A stretch of 64,000 nt of DNA, from positions 1,674,001-1,738,000 of the forward strand of contig CM102283.1 of assembly GCA_046563655.1 (NCBI GenBank), in the 5' to 3' direction. Position numbers and translations under genes: made by a program. Positions 1 to 14,700 of the stretch are shown piece after piece; the first letter of the stretch is position 1, and each line of letters begins with the position of its first letter. This DNA is from Yuukianura sp. NJ FZ-2021 (Eukaryota). The notes below the pieces were generated by a model. It ran no database searches. It saw only the letters and a list, made by a program, of their open reading frames with translations, and was not told where the DNA came from.

Positions 1-3000
1 GAAAATCTGCTCAGCAGGTCCAACTGATCTTCGTTTAGCAAATTGTCATATCGGAACTCACCTGAAATTAATTACATAATGTATGTATTAGCTAAATATT
101 ATGGTGAAATAATTATTTTATATAACAGAAAAAATCATGATATAAAAAATTATAACATTTCACAAACTATAGTATTGAGACATTTAAAAACTTACTGCTG
201 AGATTGAAGTGTGTTTTTTCAGCTTGTTTCGAAATGAGTTCGAGAGCTCTCTCGTAAATTTCTGCAGCTCGGGCAAGTTCCCTGCCTCGAGCATTTGGAA
301 ACCTGACGAGTCGGAATAATTCAAACGGACTTCGAATTCCTAGGCATAAACTTCATTAAAATTGTTATAAATTATAATAAAGTTTGAGTATTTGTTGAGT
401 ACCAGTTTGTGACACATTTCCAAAAAGTTCTTCCATTGAATCTTTTTCAGCCATGATGACATCGTTTCTAGCTTGTTCAATTGCGTCCAGAACAATAGAG
501 TTGTCCAACGTATTGTTTTTGATGACCAGAATTCTTGACACCTCTGACCTCACGTTAACTGGATCTGATTGGATGATGCCAAAGTCATTAAAGGCGGAGC
601 AAACATATGACCCTGTGTCGCGAATCGCGTCGAAACCGTGAATCAACAAAGTTCCAGCGGGGAGCATCGACATTCGGTTGGATTCGGCTAACGGAGCGCC
701 GTCTTTCCTCCACAGTATAGTCGGTGGTGGAACTCCCGCAGCGGCGCAATCCAACCGTACGGTTTCGAATCTGCCAAAAAATCATTTGTTAAAGTTTTCA
801 AATAAATAATTGTAAAAATAAGTTATTCGTTGGTAGCTTCGTTGTTTAAACTTTACCGCGAAACGTTAGAGTAGGAGGGCGTGGCTATAAATAATGGTGG
901 TGAGCCACCGATGATACGAACGTTGGCCACGGCTTCCAGAAAACCGCCGCTGTTTTCAGCACGACAAGCATATTCACCTTCGTCTTCTTGCAGCGTAAAC
1001 TTCAACACAAGTTGCATTCCTTCTGCCATAAAAACAACTCGGACACCGTCTGGCACTACTTCAACACCGTTGTGGTACCAAGTAACGTTCGGTTGTGGAT
1101 CTCCTGATGCCTAACAAATTTCAAAATTTTGAAGAAAAAACGAAGTTTTTCAAAAATTTTTGAACCATCAAGGTACCTCACAGTTCTGCACCATCATCGT
1201 CCCCTTCTCAACAGACATTTCTACCGGTGAAGAAATCCAAATTGGCGGCACTGAAACGCCAAAAAACGTTTTCACTATAAATCTGTAGTAAATTTTTGCA
1301 AGGTTGTACAAAGTTCACAAAAATCCTCTACATACGGTTACTTTTTTTGAGAAACTGTGCATATAGTTCATAATTTTCAACTTACTTAGAACATTGACTC
1401 TAGCAATGGCCGAGAGTTTCCCAAGCGAGTTCATAGCCGAACACTGGTAAATACCAGCATCTTGTTTTCCCGCCGAAACAATCCAAAGTCCACCCTCAGG
1501 CGTAAGTCTACGTCGTGTATCGTTGGCTGCAATGGGAACGTCGTTTAAGAACCAAAGTAGGATGGGCTGCGGGTGCCCTCTGGCGGAACAGTTAAGCAAC
1601 AAAAAACTTCCTTCCTTAACGTCCGAATCCTGAGGAATGCGGGTAAATCGGGGACGGAATTCGGGTATCGTCTGACGCCTGGTTTCCATATTGGCTCTTC
1701 TGGATTTGGCCTCTCCTACGGTACTTTTGGCCATACATTCGTACGTCCCGCCGTCACTTTCTCCTGCCTTGGCTATCATCAGTGTTCCGTCGTCGAGGAT
1801 TGAGTAACGAGGTTCTTTGGACTGTTGAATTTCATTACTGTAAACAAAAATAAACACAAGTGATGTTTGTTGTTTAATGTATTTTATCATGTTTATATGT
1901 TTATAGCCTGTTGAGAGTTGTGATTTTTGCACAAAATGAAATAAAAACAGACGTCGCGTAGACTGGCGGATTTGCATAATTTGTAAGTTTTCGACATCCG
2001 AAAGCATTTCACGCCAAAAGGGAAACATCAAAATTTCAATTAAACTTCTGATTTTATAATCTAAAAAGCGTTGAAATTTGAATTTTGGCGCTTACTCATT
2101 ATGTAGCCAGACGATAGTTGGAGTTGGATCTCCTTCTGCTTTGCAATTGAAGTATACAGTTGATCCGAAGTTGACTTGGACGTCACGTGGTTCCTCCATA
2201 ATAACAGGCTTACTGCAATTTAGATTCATTTCTGGAAGGTCCTTGACCTGCTTCCCAGGCATCGGTCCAAAGTCACTGCAAGTTGCTGCTGCTTGTGTGT
2301 TAGGATGCTTGGTCAGCATCTGAGCAAAATCCAGCATTCCACAGTCGCATATCAAAGAGTTTCCGTCCAAGCGACTAAAAACATCAAAAGTTTAAAGAAA
2401 CAACGCTCAAAATGTTTCAAAGAAAATTTTTAGAAAAACTTTTTGGAAATTACAGTCGTTTCATATTTTCTAAATCTTCAAACAGTCCATGCGGAATTCG
2501 TTTGATTTGATTGTGATGCAGAAAAAGACGTTCGAGCAGAAACAAATTTGAAAATGTAGTTGGATGGAGTTGTGTGATTTCATTGAAGTGTAGATATCTA
2601 TTCAAAATTTCCAAAACATTCAACAAAAAAAATAATCAGAATTTAAAAATTTACAATTTAGAAACAAGTTTTTGTAGTTACAAGTGAGTGAGCTGATGAA
2701 GTCCAGCGAAAGCTTGTGGATGTACAGAACGAATTCTGTTTTTGTACAAATACAAATACTTCAGATTTCGCAATCCGCTGAACGCTCCGTCCTCAAGTGT
2801 TGTGATTTGATTGTCATTTAGCAACCTAATTACAATTAAAAACATTTAATTAAACTAATCTAATTCTAAGTAAATTTTGTAAAAATATTTTATGTTAATT
2901 TTTGTAACTTACAAAGTTTCCAAGTTTTGTTTCGCTTCCAACGATTTCGGTGCGATTTCACGAACTTGGTTGAATCGGAAATCCCTACACAAACGTAGAA

Positions 3001-3332
3001 TAAGAATTACATTAAAGCTCTTAAAATACTAAAAGAAATTAAAAAAAAAACAACATAAAATTTAAAAAAAAAAGAAAGAAAAAAACTCCTCACATGACTT
3101 GAATGTCGTTTGGAATTAGTTCAACTGGGATTTTGTGTAGTTGTAGAAACATGCAGCGAACAGTTCCCGGAAAACAGAGACATCTCTCTGGACAGGTAAA
3201 TGCAATCTGTGTAGTGGATTCTTGCAAATCGTATTCCAGGTCATTACTGCTTTGAAAAGTCAGTTGACCTTGCACAACCATTCGTTCAACAACAAACAGA
3301 CAAACAAGCACCGAAAGTAACCTGAGTTCCAT
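1..3332 (-). CDS. Pxn: Peroxidasin, 5' part (signal peptide, LRRs, four Ig domains); peroxidase domain continues beyond the left edge
   Basis: ATG at 3332 ([15 protein letters not shown]), [22 protein letters not shown] exons, [13 protein letters not shown], Ig exons ([42 protein letters not shown]), then [29 protein letters not shown] typical of the peroxidasin linker; GT-AG introns. Confidence 0.9.
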
Positions 3333-3935
3333 TGTTCCAAGGTTGGGAACGTGCGGAACAATGTTTTTGGAAAACACTTAACACTTGTGCTGTTGTCTTA
3401 CTCAAGTTAAATCTAGACTTGTTACAAATGATTGAGCAAAAGAGGTCAGAGGTCACAAGAAAAACTAAAGATTAGATAGGTCACGTCGACATTTTCTGGA
3501 CAGGAAGAGGAAAGACACTGAGGATGAAGATAACAAACTTCATGAACCACCTAACGCTATTTTTTTTAACTTCATTCAAAAACATTCACAACCTAAGAAA
3601 TAAGTTTTAAAATAAAAATAAAATATATATATTTTCAATTCATGAATTATGAAAATAAGACAATTTATACGCGTGCTTCTGCTTGGAATTACAGTACAAT
3701 CAATTTTTTTATTCCGTTTTCGTCAATATTTAGCAAAGATCGAAGAAAGTAAGGCACAATTGTCAAATGTTTTTAAAAATTTAAAAGTTTTTGAAAAATT
3801 AATTTAAAAAGAACTCCGCAACAATATTGCAAAACATGTCAAAGTCAATTTTTTCAAATTTGAAAGTTTAGGAACAAATATTTTTTAAAAGTCATTTTAA
3901 AAGACACTCATGTCCATCCGGAACTTGAAGTGAGT

Positions 3936-6900
3936 TCACTATAAAAAAACAAATTTTATATATAAATTTATATTTAATTTTAATTCATTATAACATAATT
4001 AATTTAAATACCTTCCAAGATGGAAACAGAACTTTGAACGAATCTGGTTCTTGTCCTTGTTTAACAATAATCGAAACGCTGACAGCATTTCCTCCAAACT
4101 TTTTGTGTTGACTAGCAATGTATTCCTGGAAAATAATGAAATAATTAGTTATAAAATTCATAAATTATTATTAAATAATATGTTTTATTTAAATTTAATT
4201 GAATTAATTATTTTACGTCAGCCATCTTGAGGCTATCGCTTCTCTCTTGTGCTGTAGCGCCTTTTCCAATCCAAACAAAAATTTCGTTGTCTCCAGTGTC
4301 AAGCACCATCACATCGTCTTCGTTCAAATCCTGCCAAGAGAATTAGTTGTAATTAAATAAATTATTTTAATAAAATGAAATATGTAAATTACATCTTGTG
4401 TAAAGTTGTAAACTTCATCGACATTCAACTTGGTCGACGGAGGAACAATGCTACAATGGAACAAACGAGCCGACAGATTCGGCGTTTCGTCGGTAAAAGT
4501 GTCTCGGTTGTACTCGGCTTTCCCGCCAAGCAGTTTCCAGAAGTCGGCAGTTTCCGATCCCTCGTTGACGATCTTTCCGTCTCGGTCAGGCGAAACGATC
4601 TTGTCGACATTTTTGGCCATGCGCTTTTCATCGTCCGAAGCTCCCTGAATTATCAAATGTTAAAGGTAAGGGCAAGGTTCGTAAACAAAAAAAAACATTT
4701 TCTTACACCAAGTTGTCCAATAACTCTAGTTTTTCAATTTTTTCCAAAATTTTCAAAAACCAAGCGGGTTTAACTTCGCCTCCATTAATAACAATTTTTG
4801 ATTTTTTTTTAATCGTATTTCTATACGATTTCAAGTCAAAAAATGGAGAAAATGTATAAAAAAAAAACAATAAAACTAGTGCTAAACTGATGCTAAAAGT
4901 TGTTTGACGCTATATTTTTTAAAAACTCTGAGTTATTGGACAACCTGATGTAGGAAATACAATTCTGTTGTCATGGAACCTTGGTCCAGGGTCAATTCGG
5001 GACAAAGGTCAAGTTCGTTTTAGTTATTACCTTGCCATGCCAAATATAAGTAACTCCAGGAGCGTCTACGACAAAAACGTCGTCGGAATCCAAATTGGCA
5101 GCTTTCGGTTCAATTTCAACGGCACGCGTGTCGTCATCGCAAGTTCCTTGAATATGGAAAAGTTTCGTAGCATTTTTGTCGTAGGTTTGATGTTCGCGGA
5201 CATTTCGAAATCCGGAGGCGTGGCCACCAAGAAACACGACCATCCGTCCTTTGAAAATTCGCAGAAAGTGGGCAGGTTCGGATCCTTGCGGAACGCGAAT
5301 CTGAACCGCACGACCGTTCAATTTGTCGTCCAACTGAACAGCATGAAGTGCTGCAGCCGCTTTCTCATCTGCAGTGCTCTTGCTTCCCTAAAATGGAGCC
5401 AAATTTTAAAATTTTAGCTCCAAAATCTTTTCAAACTTTCAAAAATTTCAGAAAATTTTGAACTTTTAGTGTACCTGCCAAAAGTAGATGATGTAATTCT
5501 CTCGGCCACGCCCCTTTTCCTGGTAAGTGTACTTGAGGACATAGGAATCACCGCCAAAAAACAGACCGTACTGCTCCTTGGGCACTGGCGCCAATTCAAA
5601 TTTTTCAATCCGCCAAAGCTCAACTTTTCCTTTACCGTCGTCCGGACAAAACCCAACGGCACGTCCCATGTGTTTCAAATATTTCCGCAATTTCTCTCTG
5701 TCTCCATGAGCTTCTTTGATTTTCGGTGCCATGAACGAGTTACTTGCTGGTTTTTGAAAGAAGACAAAACTTATAAAAATTTGAAAAAAAAAAATGGTGT
5801 GATAGAATTTATAAGTTTTTTTGAACAGTTTTTACCAGCAATTTTTTCGAGTGTGTAAACTTTCCCGACGATTGGATCTGCGTCATCAGATTCTTTCCAG
5901 ACGCTGAAGTATTGTTTAAACGCTGGCGGTTCTCCACATTCGACAATTCGGTGAATCTGAAAAGCAGGACACAAAATTTAAAAAAAAAAATTTTTTTTTT
6001 TTTAAATCAAAATTTTGAAAACATATTTTCTTACTTTGGTCCACTCTGGATATCCTTTCTCTTGTAAAAACTTTTCAGCGGTTTTCATTGAACCGACTTT
6101 CTCATCCCGCGTGCAGCCTTTGCCAATCCAAGTGTAAATTCCGGATTTTCCGCAATCCAAAATAAAACAATCCTAAAAATGTGAGCATAAGGTGTTCAAA
6201 ATTTACTAAAATTTGTAAGTTTTAGAAAATCCAACCAAAAATTTCAAAAAGTGCAAAACAGAAAAAACAAAACAAAAAACTTACCCCACCACCCTTTGCA
6301 TCCTTTCCACGTACAAAAAAATGCCAAGTGAGTTAAAAAGCAACAAATTCATACAATTAAATTGCAAACGATTTTAACTTGAAGTTCAAATAAATTGTGT
6401 CTTGATGGTGAAAAAACTTCAACAAACAAAAGTTCAACATCAAAAGTTAAAAATCGTGCAATGCAATCGAACTTCTTTTAAAGGCATTTTTAGATTTTAC
6501 CTCTGAAATGAGCATGTCGCGCTTGAGTGGTCGTGTGGCCACTTTTTCCGTTTTCAGAGAACCACTAGCGTCGCTCACTTTGTACAACGTCACGGTTGTC
6601 TGCAATTTTAAAAATTCAGGTTATGGGAAAATTGTTTTTTTGGAATTGAACACTTGTTCAAAATTTTGAGTTTCGAAATACCTCAACTTGTTTTTCAAAT
6701 TTGTCATCGTCATCTTCGGCTGGTGGATCAGGCAAGTCCGCTCTGCTTCCGCCACCCAACGCTTTAAAGAAGCGATCAACTTCATCCTGATTGGTGTCGA
6801 TTTCTGAAATTTCATATTTTATTTTGAAAGTTCAAAACGATTTTGAAAATTTTGCATCTTGAAAAGTTACCAATCATATTAATTTTAAGTTTGCCGCCAT

Positions 6901-9805
6901 GATCTTGATCTCGGATTTGATTGGCTGCTTGAACAGCTTTGAGTTTTTCGGTCCTCTTGCTGTAACGTCCAACGTAGACGTAAATCGACGTCGGCGTGTC
7001 CAGGATAAAACAGTCTCCCTTGTTCATGGATTTCACGCTCACTTCCACCTTTCAAAATTTCAAAATTTTTAAAAATCAAAATTTCGAAAAAAAAAAATGT
7101 TTTTAAATTCATTTTAGGAATTACTTGCTGAACTCTGACATTCCGCTTTCCTTTGACCTGGAACAGACGTGGCGGGGCTGTAAGCGGATCGTAGTGCTTA
7201 AATCCACTCTTCACGCCACCCGGAACGTATCGCAAGCCTAAATAACATCAAATTCTTTTCAAATTTTGAAAAAAGAGGGAATATTTAAAATTTGAAAGGC
7301 GTTTCCATAAATCCTTGAATTTGAAAACTTGAACATCGAACTCCGCCAAAAGGCAAATACAAATTGATTCGTTTGTTTTATGTTGAAAAAGTCGGTTCAA
7401 TAAATCGAAAATATGAAGAGAATTTTTTTTTTCAAAAGTAATAAATTATGAAGAAAAAAGGCTTAGCTTTTCACAACTGACATAAAAGTAGCAGGGTTCA
7501 TGTCAAATGTCAGTTTTTATGAAAAATAAAATAAAAATAGATAAATTTTCATATTCATTATATGAAATTCTTTTTTTTGAACTTTGAGGCCAATGGCATT
7601 TAGAAAAAACTTTTAGCGCTACCGATCTTTTTTTGGCTCAAGTTGAAAATTTTTCTAATTACATGACAGGAAGGAAGAGTGGTTACCGTACATCGTTTGT
7701 CACTTTTCTTGGAAGTGACTAACTTTTTTGAAATTTTGCCAAAAAAATACTTTTCAAAAACTTTTTAAAATTTTGAAAGTTAAAGCAACTAACCTCCCGG
7801 GAAGTAAGAGAGGAAAGCAGGTGATTCATATTCCATGACTTCACGATGTTGAACAGGGAGTCCACCCAAGCTTTCGTCCAATTCGACGGATTTAATTGCG
7901 GCAGTGCCTTTTTCATCCTTTAAAAAATTAAAAATTTTAAGAAGCAAAATTTTGCATTAAAATTTTTTAGCACCATGCATCTTTGCCAAAACAAATCTCG
8001 CCAAGAGCGTGTTGATTGAAAACAAGTCAAGAGTGTTTTTCATACACGAGAAAATTAATATACGACGTTGCGGTTGAAACATTTTGATTGTCAATGTCAA
8101 ACTTTTGGAATTTATAGAGTCCAAGTGTTGACAAAACTTTTCTTTTTTCAAAAAAAAACTAACTTTTTTTTTAGAATTAAAAAAAAAACTTTTTGAAATC
8201 TAAAGTGAAATGGAGCTGGTTCTATTTTTAGAAAAAATGTACCTGCGTGGTATTTTTGCCAAGCCAAAAGTGAATGTCCCAAGAGAGAGTTCCACTGGAG
8301 CTTTGCGTGGTCTAAAAATAAAATAAAAATGTTATAATATAAATAACAATAATATATAAACTAATTAATTTTATTTATAATTGTATTAATTATATTAATA
8401 TTTACCTTAAGTAGGATGTAGGAGTCTCCGTCATAGAATTTTCCATATTCCGACTTGGGGTATGCGACAGGTGCAAAATTCTAAAAAGTTTATTTTAAAA
8501 AATCACTTAAACAAATGGACTTCCTGACTTTTACATTTGGTTGGATACGCGCCAAAATTAAATTCGAAAAATGCGAATCTGAAGTATTTAAAAAATAAGA
8601 CACTATTTTCTTTCTTTTTGACTCTGCATGTTCATCTGCTTGATTTTTACGATTGCTCTTTGTTTTATGTGATTTTTATACCGGCAAAGAAATAAATTTA
8701 GGCTCTTACACATGTCTGTTCGCCTTTCAACAAATGAAAATCTGTGGTCGAAGAGGATTTGAGGATTGCCAAAACGAATAAAAAGTGACTGTTTTTCGAA
8801 ACTTTTTAACATTTTGGAATTGGAAAGCAAATTTGCAAAGTTTTTCGTTTTTTTAATGTTGTATATTCTGTACGCCTCGGTTGAAAAGTTCATAAAACCA
8901 TTTAAAACATTTTGGCAACTTTTCATTTGCAATTCTAATTGAATTAACGAGAAAACGAAAAAAAAAACTTTTTAAAATTCCAATTTAAAAGGAACTATTC
9001 TCGTACCTTTTAAAATCTGAATTTTTATACCAACATTTTCGTGTTGCATAAATTCATGATGCAGTTGACTTAACTTTGATGACAACAACTTTGACGGGGG
9101 TCATGGTTAGAGGTCAGGGCAGCTTAGTTTTGTCGGGTATTGATCAAAGTGAAATTAATCTGAAGGTGACTTTGTATTGACCTTTGACCTTGTGCAATCT
9201 TTGCAATAAAATTTTAAGTTATTTTGACTTTTGAATTTTGAAGCAGGTTTTTAAATGACTTTCCGCCAAGGCCAATGTAAGGCACGATTGTTTTAGAATT
9301 TCAAAAAATGTAAAATACATAAATTTGAAATTCTGATTTTGAGTTTTTGAATGCTTATCGTTTGAGATTTATAATCCATAGTATAAAAAGTTTAAGCAAA
9401 AAGCTAAGAAAAATTTGGTCGTAACATAGGGTGTACGAAAGTAGCGAAAGTAGAGATGGCGCTGCATACTACATGATGAACAATAGTGTACTTAGTTATA
9501 TACGTTAAGAAAAAAGTTGACTTTTGACCCAGAACGAGGTAATTTAGAATCAAATGATAAACACAAAAGTTATTTCTCTCAAATGAACAACTTTTGTACA
9601 TGCAATTGCCGCTGATGTACCGACGGACAGACGGACGACTTAATAAGTAATTGTTGCTTAATTTAGGAGTAAGTCAATACATTTAGTTAATCAGTTAACT
9701 TTAATTATAATTGTGCATTAAGATCCAAGATGTTACCTCAATTCGCCAAATTTCAACTCCGGCCTTGGTGCCTGCTCCTACGAAAGCTGGATCCACAATT
9801 GTCAT
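3936..9805 (-). CDS. Gel: Gelsolin (six-repeat, cytoplasmic type), multi-exon
   Basis: ATG 9805 [23 protein letters not shown]; exons with [71 protein letters not shown]; ends FKVLFPSWK spliced to TGA at 3936-3938. Confidence 0.92.
4673..4983. mobile_element. MITE with CAAGGT termini (family A) in a gelsolin intron
   Basis: Termini caaggttc...gaaccttg; subterminal inverted repeat tacaccaagttgtccaataactc / gagttattggacaacctgatgta; same ends as copies at 40454 and 52790. Confidence 0.7.
9415..9660 (-). mobile_element. Short HINE/DINE-like relic in gelsolin intron 1
   Basis: Contains aagtagcgaaag (same subterminal motif as the 18611 element), adjacent hairpin tcgtaaca-taggg-tgtacga, gaacaacttttgta core word and short GACG/GACA microsatellite. 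Confidence 0.5.
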
Positions 9806-11727
9806 TTTTCAATCCAAGTTTTTTGAACTTTCTCTGTTAAAATCTTTTGTTATTCTAAAATCAAAATTTCTTTGTCCTGTTGGCCAAACCGGTTTCCTCT
9901 TCGCAGCTGAAAAAAATCAATAGAACTTGTGAAAGCTGTTTTTCGGTTCTTTTGTTGTATCATGCGCAGTTCTATTTATAATCAGAAGATGCCAAATCAG
10001 ATTTCAATGCTTCACCGGTTCAAAAAAAAAAAACTAAAAAATCTGAACAAACTTTTCTTGTTCCTAATGACAATTATTAGAGTGAATTCTATTTTTAAGG
10101 TTTCCTTACCAGGGTGACACACTGACGATGACTAAAATTCGGATGAACCAAAATGTACTAAAAACAGCAAAAAATAAAAGGAAATTTCGGTTTTTGCGGT
10201 AGGAAAAAGCCCGAAGTTCACCTCCAGGATTTGTGGGCTTCCAGTTACTGAGGCCACTCTACGTCGAGTGAGTCAGCTCATGTGGAAAAGTGTGCATTTT
10301 GAACATTGACAGGGAAGAAAAAGTATATTATCGTGTCACGTCTAGAAGTCCATGAAGCGAGTCGTTGCTTGATGTGCAAAAAACCGTAACGAAAAGTAGT
10401 TTGGTATATAACCAAATCCTACAGCAATCAATAAACAACCAGTTGCTAACAAATGTGCATGGACAATTGACGCAATGAAATGGCGTGGTCATAATCCTCC
10501 AAATTTTTGCATGACACTTTTTGCATTTTTCATCCGAAATCATTTTTTCTCTCTGTAAAATTCAATCGCAACACAATTTTTGTTTAGTTCATTTTTTGAA
10601 TATGGGAATTCAAATGTGTTCAAATAGTGATTTCAACTATGCTAAAATGTGGACCCAAAATATGTTAAAATGGGAGTTAAAATATGAAAAGTGTGATTCG
10701 ATTCCAAACTTTGATGAAATCTCTTCTTTTTTTTTTTGCTTTCGTGGCCGTTCGGCAACGTTGGTTTGAGGTTTTTTTCAGAATAAGTTCAGTTAAAATT
10801 TTGAAGTTTTGAAAAAATGAATGCATGGAAAACGTCTCCGTGCCGCAGGATGTTGATGATATGAATTGAGGCGTTAAATGTTACGGTAGAAATTCGTCTG
10901 GAATAAATTGACCTGAAGTTATGGCTAATTCAGGTGAAACCAATTAGTACTGAAGTTCTAAACACGCAACACGAATGTCAATTTGGACAGTAGATAGCTG
11001 TAAATTTGATGTGCTGTTTGTGGAAAGCTTTGTGCTGTTCGGATTTGATTAGTTTTTGAAAAGGCGTCAAGTACAATGCAAGTCAAATTTTTGGAAATTC
11101 CGACCAAAATTGTCTTTAGAAAATAACATTAGTATAGCACCTAACTTAGCTAGTTTAGCAAATACGTTAATTATAATTATTAAGTTTAAAAAAATTTCAT
11201 TAAAGTTGGTTTTTTGAAAAATGTTGAACAACTTTAGGCTTGGTCCTGGAAAAGGTTTAAATCGACGATCTTCGTCCTGCCCGGACATGAAAATGAACAT
11301 GCTGTTGAAGTTTGCCGAATTGTCGTGGGTAAGCTTCCAGCACCATTTCAAAATTTCAAACTAAAAAAAAAAGGCAACACTAAAAATTAATAATTTTCTG
11401 AAAAATTTTTACTGGAGCACCAGTTTTTAGATTTTTATTTGGTTTTCCCTATTGGCCTAAGATTTTATTGTTCAAACGTTTTGTGATGAAGTTTCGCCAC
11501 TGGAACTTTGAGCGCGAGATTTGTGTATGGAAAGTAAATAAATCTCAGCTAATCAGCTGACCACTGCTCAATTTCACGTGTTAATCGTTTGTGCTAATTA
11601 GATTTGATTTAAGCTAATTAACGTTGTCCGACGTAAATTTGCCAAGGTCACAAACATGATATTCGTAACGCACACTAATTGATATTCGGTCTGATTGATA
11701 TTTAAGCAACAAAGGCCACTAGCGACG

Positions 11728-14700
11728 ATGGAAGACGCAGACTACTTTGACGAAATAGAAGCTGCAAGTTCTTCTGGAGGTCACAGGAATAGACGAAGTA
11801 ACTCACCAGCAGGTCAAGGGCCACCACCTACTTACGAATCACTTCTACGCTCGGATGATAGTGATGGAGACGATTTAGGTGAAGCTGAATTGGGAGACAG
11901 TGGACTACCCAAAACAGTTCTACGATTCGTCAATCCATCAATTTCACCAGACAAGAATAAGCGAAGTAGTAAAGGAGAAGTGGAGGAAATTACTTCAGAG
12001 AGTCCGGAAGATGAAGACGACGAGTACTTCGGGTCATCACGGTTTGTAACTCCGACTTCAATTTTTGACATTTAATCGTTTCATCGTTACTCGAAATTGT
12101 TGTTTTCACTTTAACAGGAAGAGGGATAGGAAAAGATCAAACACAAGACCACCAATTCTTCAACATTTGGACCAAATTGCTGTTGCACGTCACAAACAAA
12201 TTGAAAAGAACAATGTCGATGGAGTCACAATCGTCAAGGGCTCAAATATTACCCAGAAGATTCGCAAGACTGCTGCAAAGGTACAGTTTGTTAACGTTAA
12301 TAGTTAACTTTAATGAAGTTAAAGCAAGGCGCACGTTAATCAGAATCAAGTGTTTTCGTTTATCTGAATAAAGGTGCACAGTTCAATTCCAGTCGTATTT
12401 CGCCAAAAAGGAGCCGGAGAATACAAAATTCAGGTTTTTGTCTGTTTCATGTTTCTTACCGTTGTGTTTCTGGTGGGATCCATTTACATAATTCATGAAG
12501 AGAGAGAATTACAGGTAAATACCAGTTTTAGCAACAGAAGTACGGTTAATAGCCGTAACAGTAACTAAAATATTTTTCATAAAATTGGTTTGTTTTCCTT
12601 CCCAGAAAGCCTACTTTGACCGTATCCGCTTTGCCGCCAAGGACCGGCGAATTCGCGTGTCAAACTTGAAAGGAAAAGAGGTTCTGTCAGGAATTTTAGG
12701 AATGAGTCTAACAGCCAAAGATCACGCTTGGGAATGTTTAGAAGAAAACAGGAAATCTCCTACTGGAACTTGCCTCGAATGGATGAACATTGCTCGTCTA
12801 CACTTTCGAATCTCAAATCCTCGGAAGGATTGGGATCCTCTTCAACATGATATGCAATGTTACGAAATCCTTTGGGAAGGACTCAATTCCAATTTCATTC
12901 CAAAAGATTGTTACTACATTACTGAACAACGTGGATTTACTTTTTACGGTGGCGGAGAATTGACCTCCAGTCCATGGCCACTTCATCGAACGTCAATTCC
13001 AGTGTCTCCATTTATCACCGGGCAGAAAATTGACACTGCCACGCAGTTTCAATTTGGCCAAAATCTTCGGCCGTACTTTGTTGCCTCTCCTGGAGCTGCC
13101 ATTGAAGTATCTCGCTCAACTCCACTTCATATTTCAATCAACGAGAATGACAATGGAATGATGTGTTTCATTGCCAAAGCAGATTCATTTGCATTTCCAA
13201 ATCACCCGCCTCCCACAACGCTCAACTACACCCTCTGTACTGGGGAAAGTGTCAAGGACGTTTGGAATCAGCTGGCTGACAAGGACATTTGGAACGGCTT
13301 GAGAGAATTCAAAGAAGATGTGCTGGCTGCCGATGCTTTAGCGGAGTCGCCTACATGGAAATTAGTTCCGGAAATTATCGGCGGAAGGTTAAATGAAGGA
13401 GCTTTACTAAATCACACAGATCATATCGCAGAACTGGAACTTTCCGGAGGATTTCTACTTCTGGACGAGTCTTGGCAAAAGACAATTGGTGACCTTGAGT
13501 TTGACTTGGACCGATTTCCCAACATGGGTGAAATTGTTAACATAACAAGACGAAGAGGATTCAAAATTGCACTTACCATTCAACCCTACTTTTCACTCAC
13601 TTCGACCAATTATGTTCGTGGAGCCGAAAAAGCAATTTGGGTCAAGCAGTACATTCCGGGGTCAAATGGACTCGGACCACCAGCCGTAACGATTTTCAAA
13701 GGCCAAAGTGTAGTTATGCTGGACATAACGCGGAAGGTAGCTCGTGCTTGGATACATCGGAAACTGAGTGACGTCATTAAGAAGTATAACATAGAAGCAC
13801 TTTATATTGACTTTGGATCTATGCAAGGTTGGTAAGCCAGAAGATTGTTCTTTCTCTTTCTAAAACAGGTTGTTCGATAACTCGGTTTTTACGATTTTAA
13901 GATTTTCCGAGATACTACGACTTTGCTGAACCGATTTTTTCGCCGGACGAGTACAAAGAAATTTTTATGAGAAGTATCAAGAGTTTAAGCGGTGTTTCCG
14001 TTTATGCCATTGGAACTACAAGTGCCATCAAACTACCAAAGTTACCAACATTCGTTACGATGAGTCCAACACCTTCGTCTTGGAATGGACTGCAATCAGT
14101 GATTCCAAATGTACTGAGTCTTGGAATCGCTGGATTTCCATTCATAACTCCTGGAGCAATCGGTGGTGACTTTCCAGCGCTGGAGTGGACCGAAGCAAAA
14201 CCAGTCAGCAGTTCTTCAGATAACTCCAAACTAACTACCGACCGGGCTTTCGCCATCCTGGACAGCACTAACGTAACAATTGAAAAAAATCCCGCTATTT
14301 TTGAAAACGCGAACGCAACAGCTGATCCGGGAGTACCCATGCCCGAAAACACATCGCAGTTAGCTGACTTCGAAACGGAAGATGTCAACTACGAACTGGA
14401 TTCAAAACTGGATCGGAATCTTTACATTCGCTGGCTGCAACTGGCCCATTTCCTGCCAGTAGTCCAATACACTCATCTTCCAAGTGAATACGACAGGGAG
14501 CTGGTTGAACTGGCGCAAAAATTCAAAATGCTTCGAAAGAACAAACTACTTATCTACATCAAGGGCGCGATTGAAGAAGCTCTGACCACTGGACTTCCAA
14601 TTATTCGCCCACTCTGGATGAGTGATCCTACGGATACCAATTGCTTGAAAGTTTGGGACGAGTATACGATTGGTGGAGACGTTCTCGTGGCGCCAGTTTT

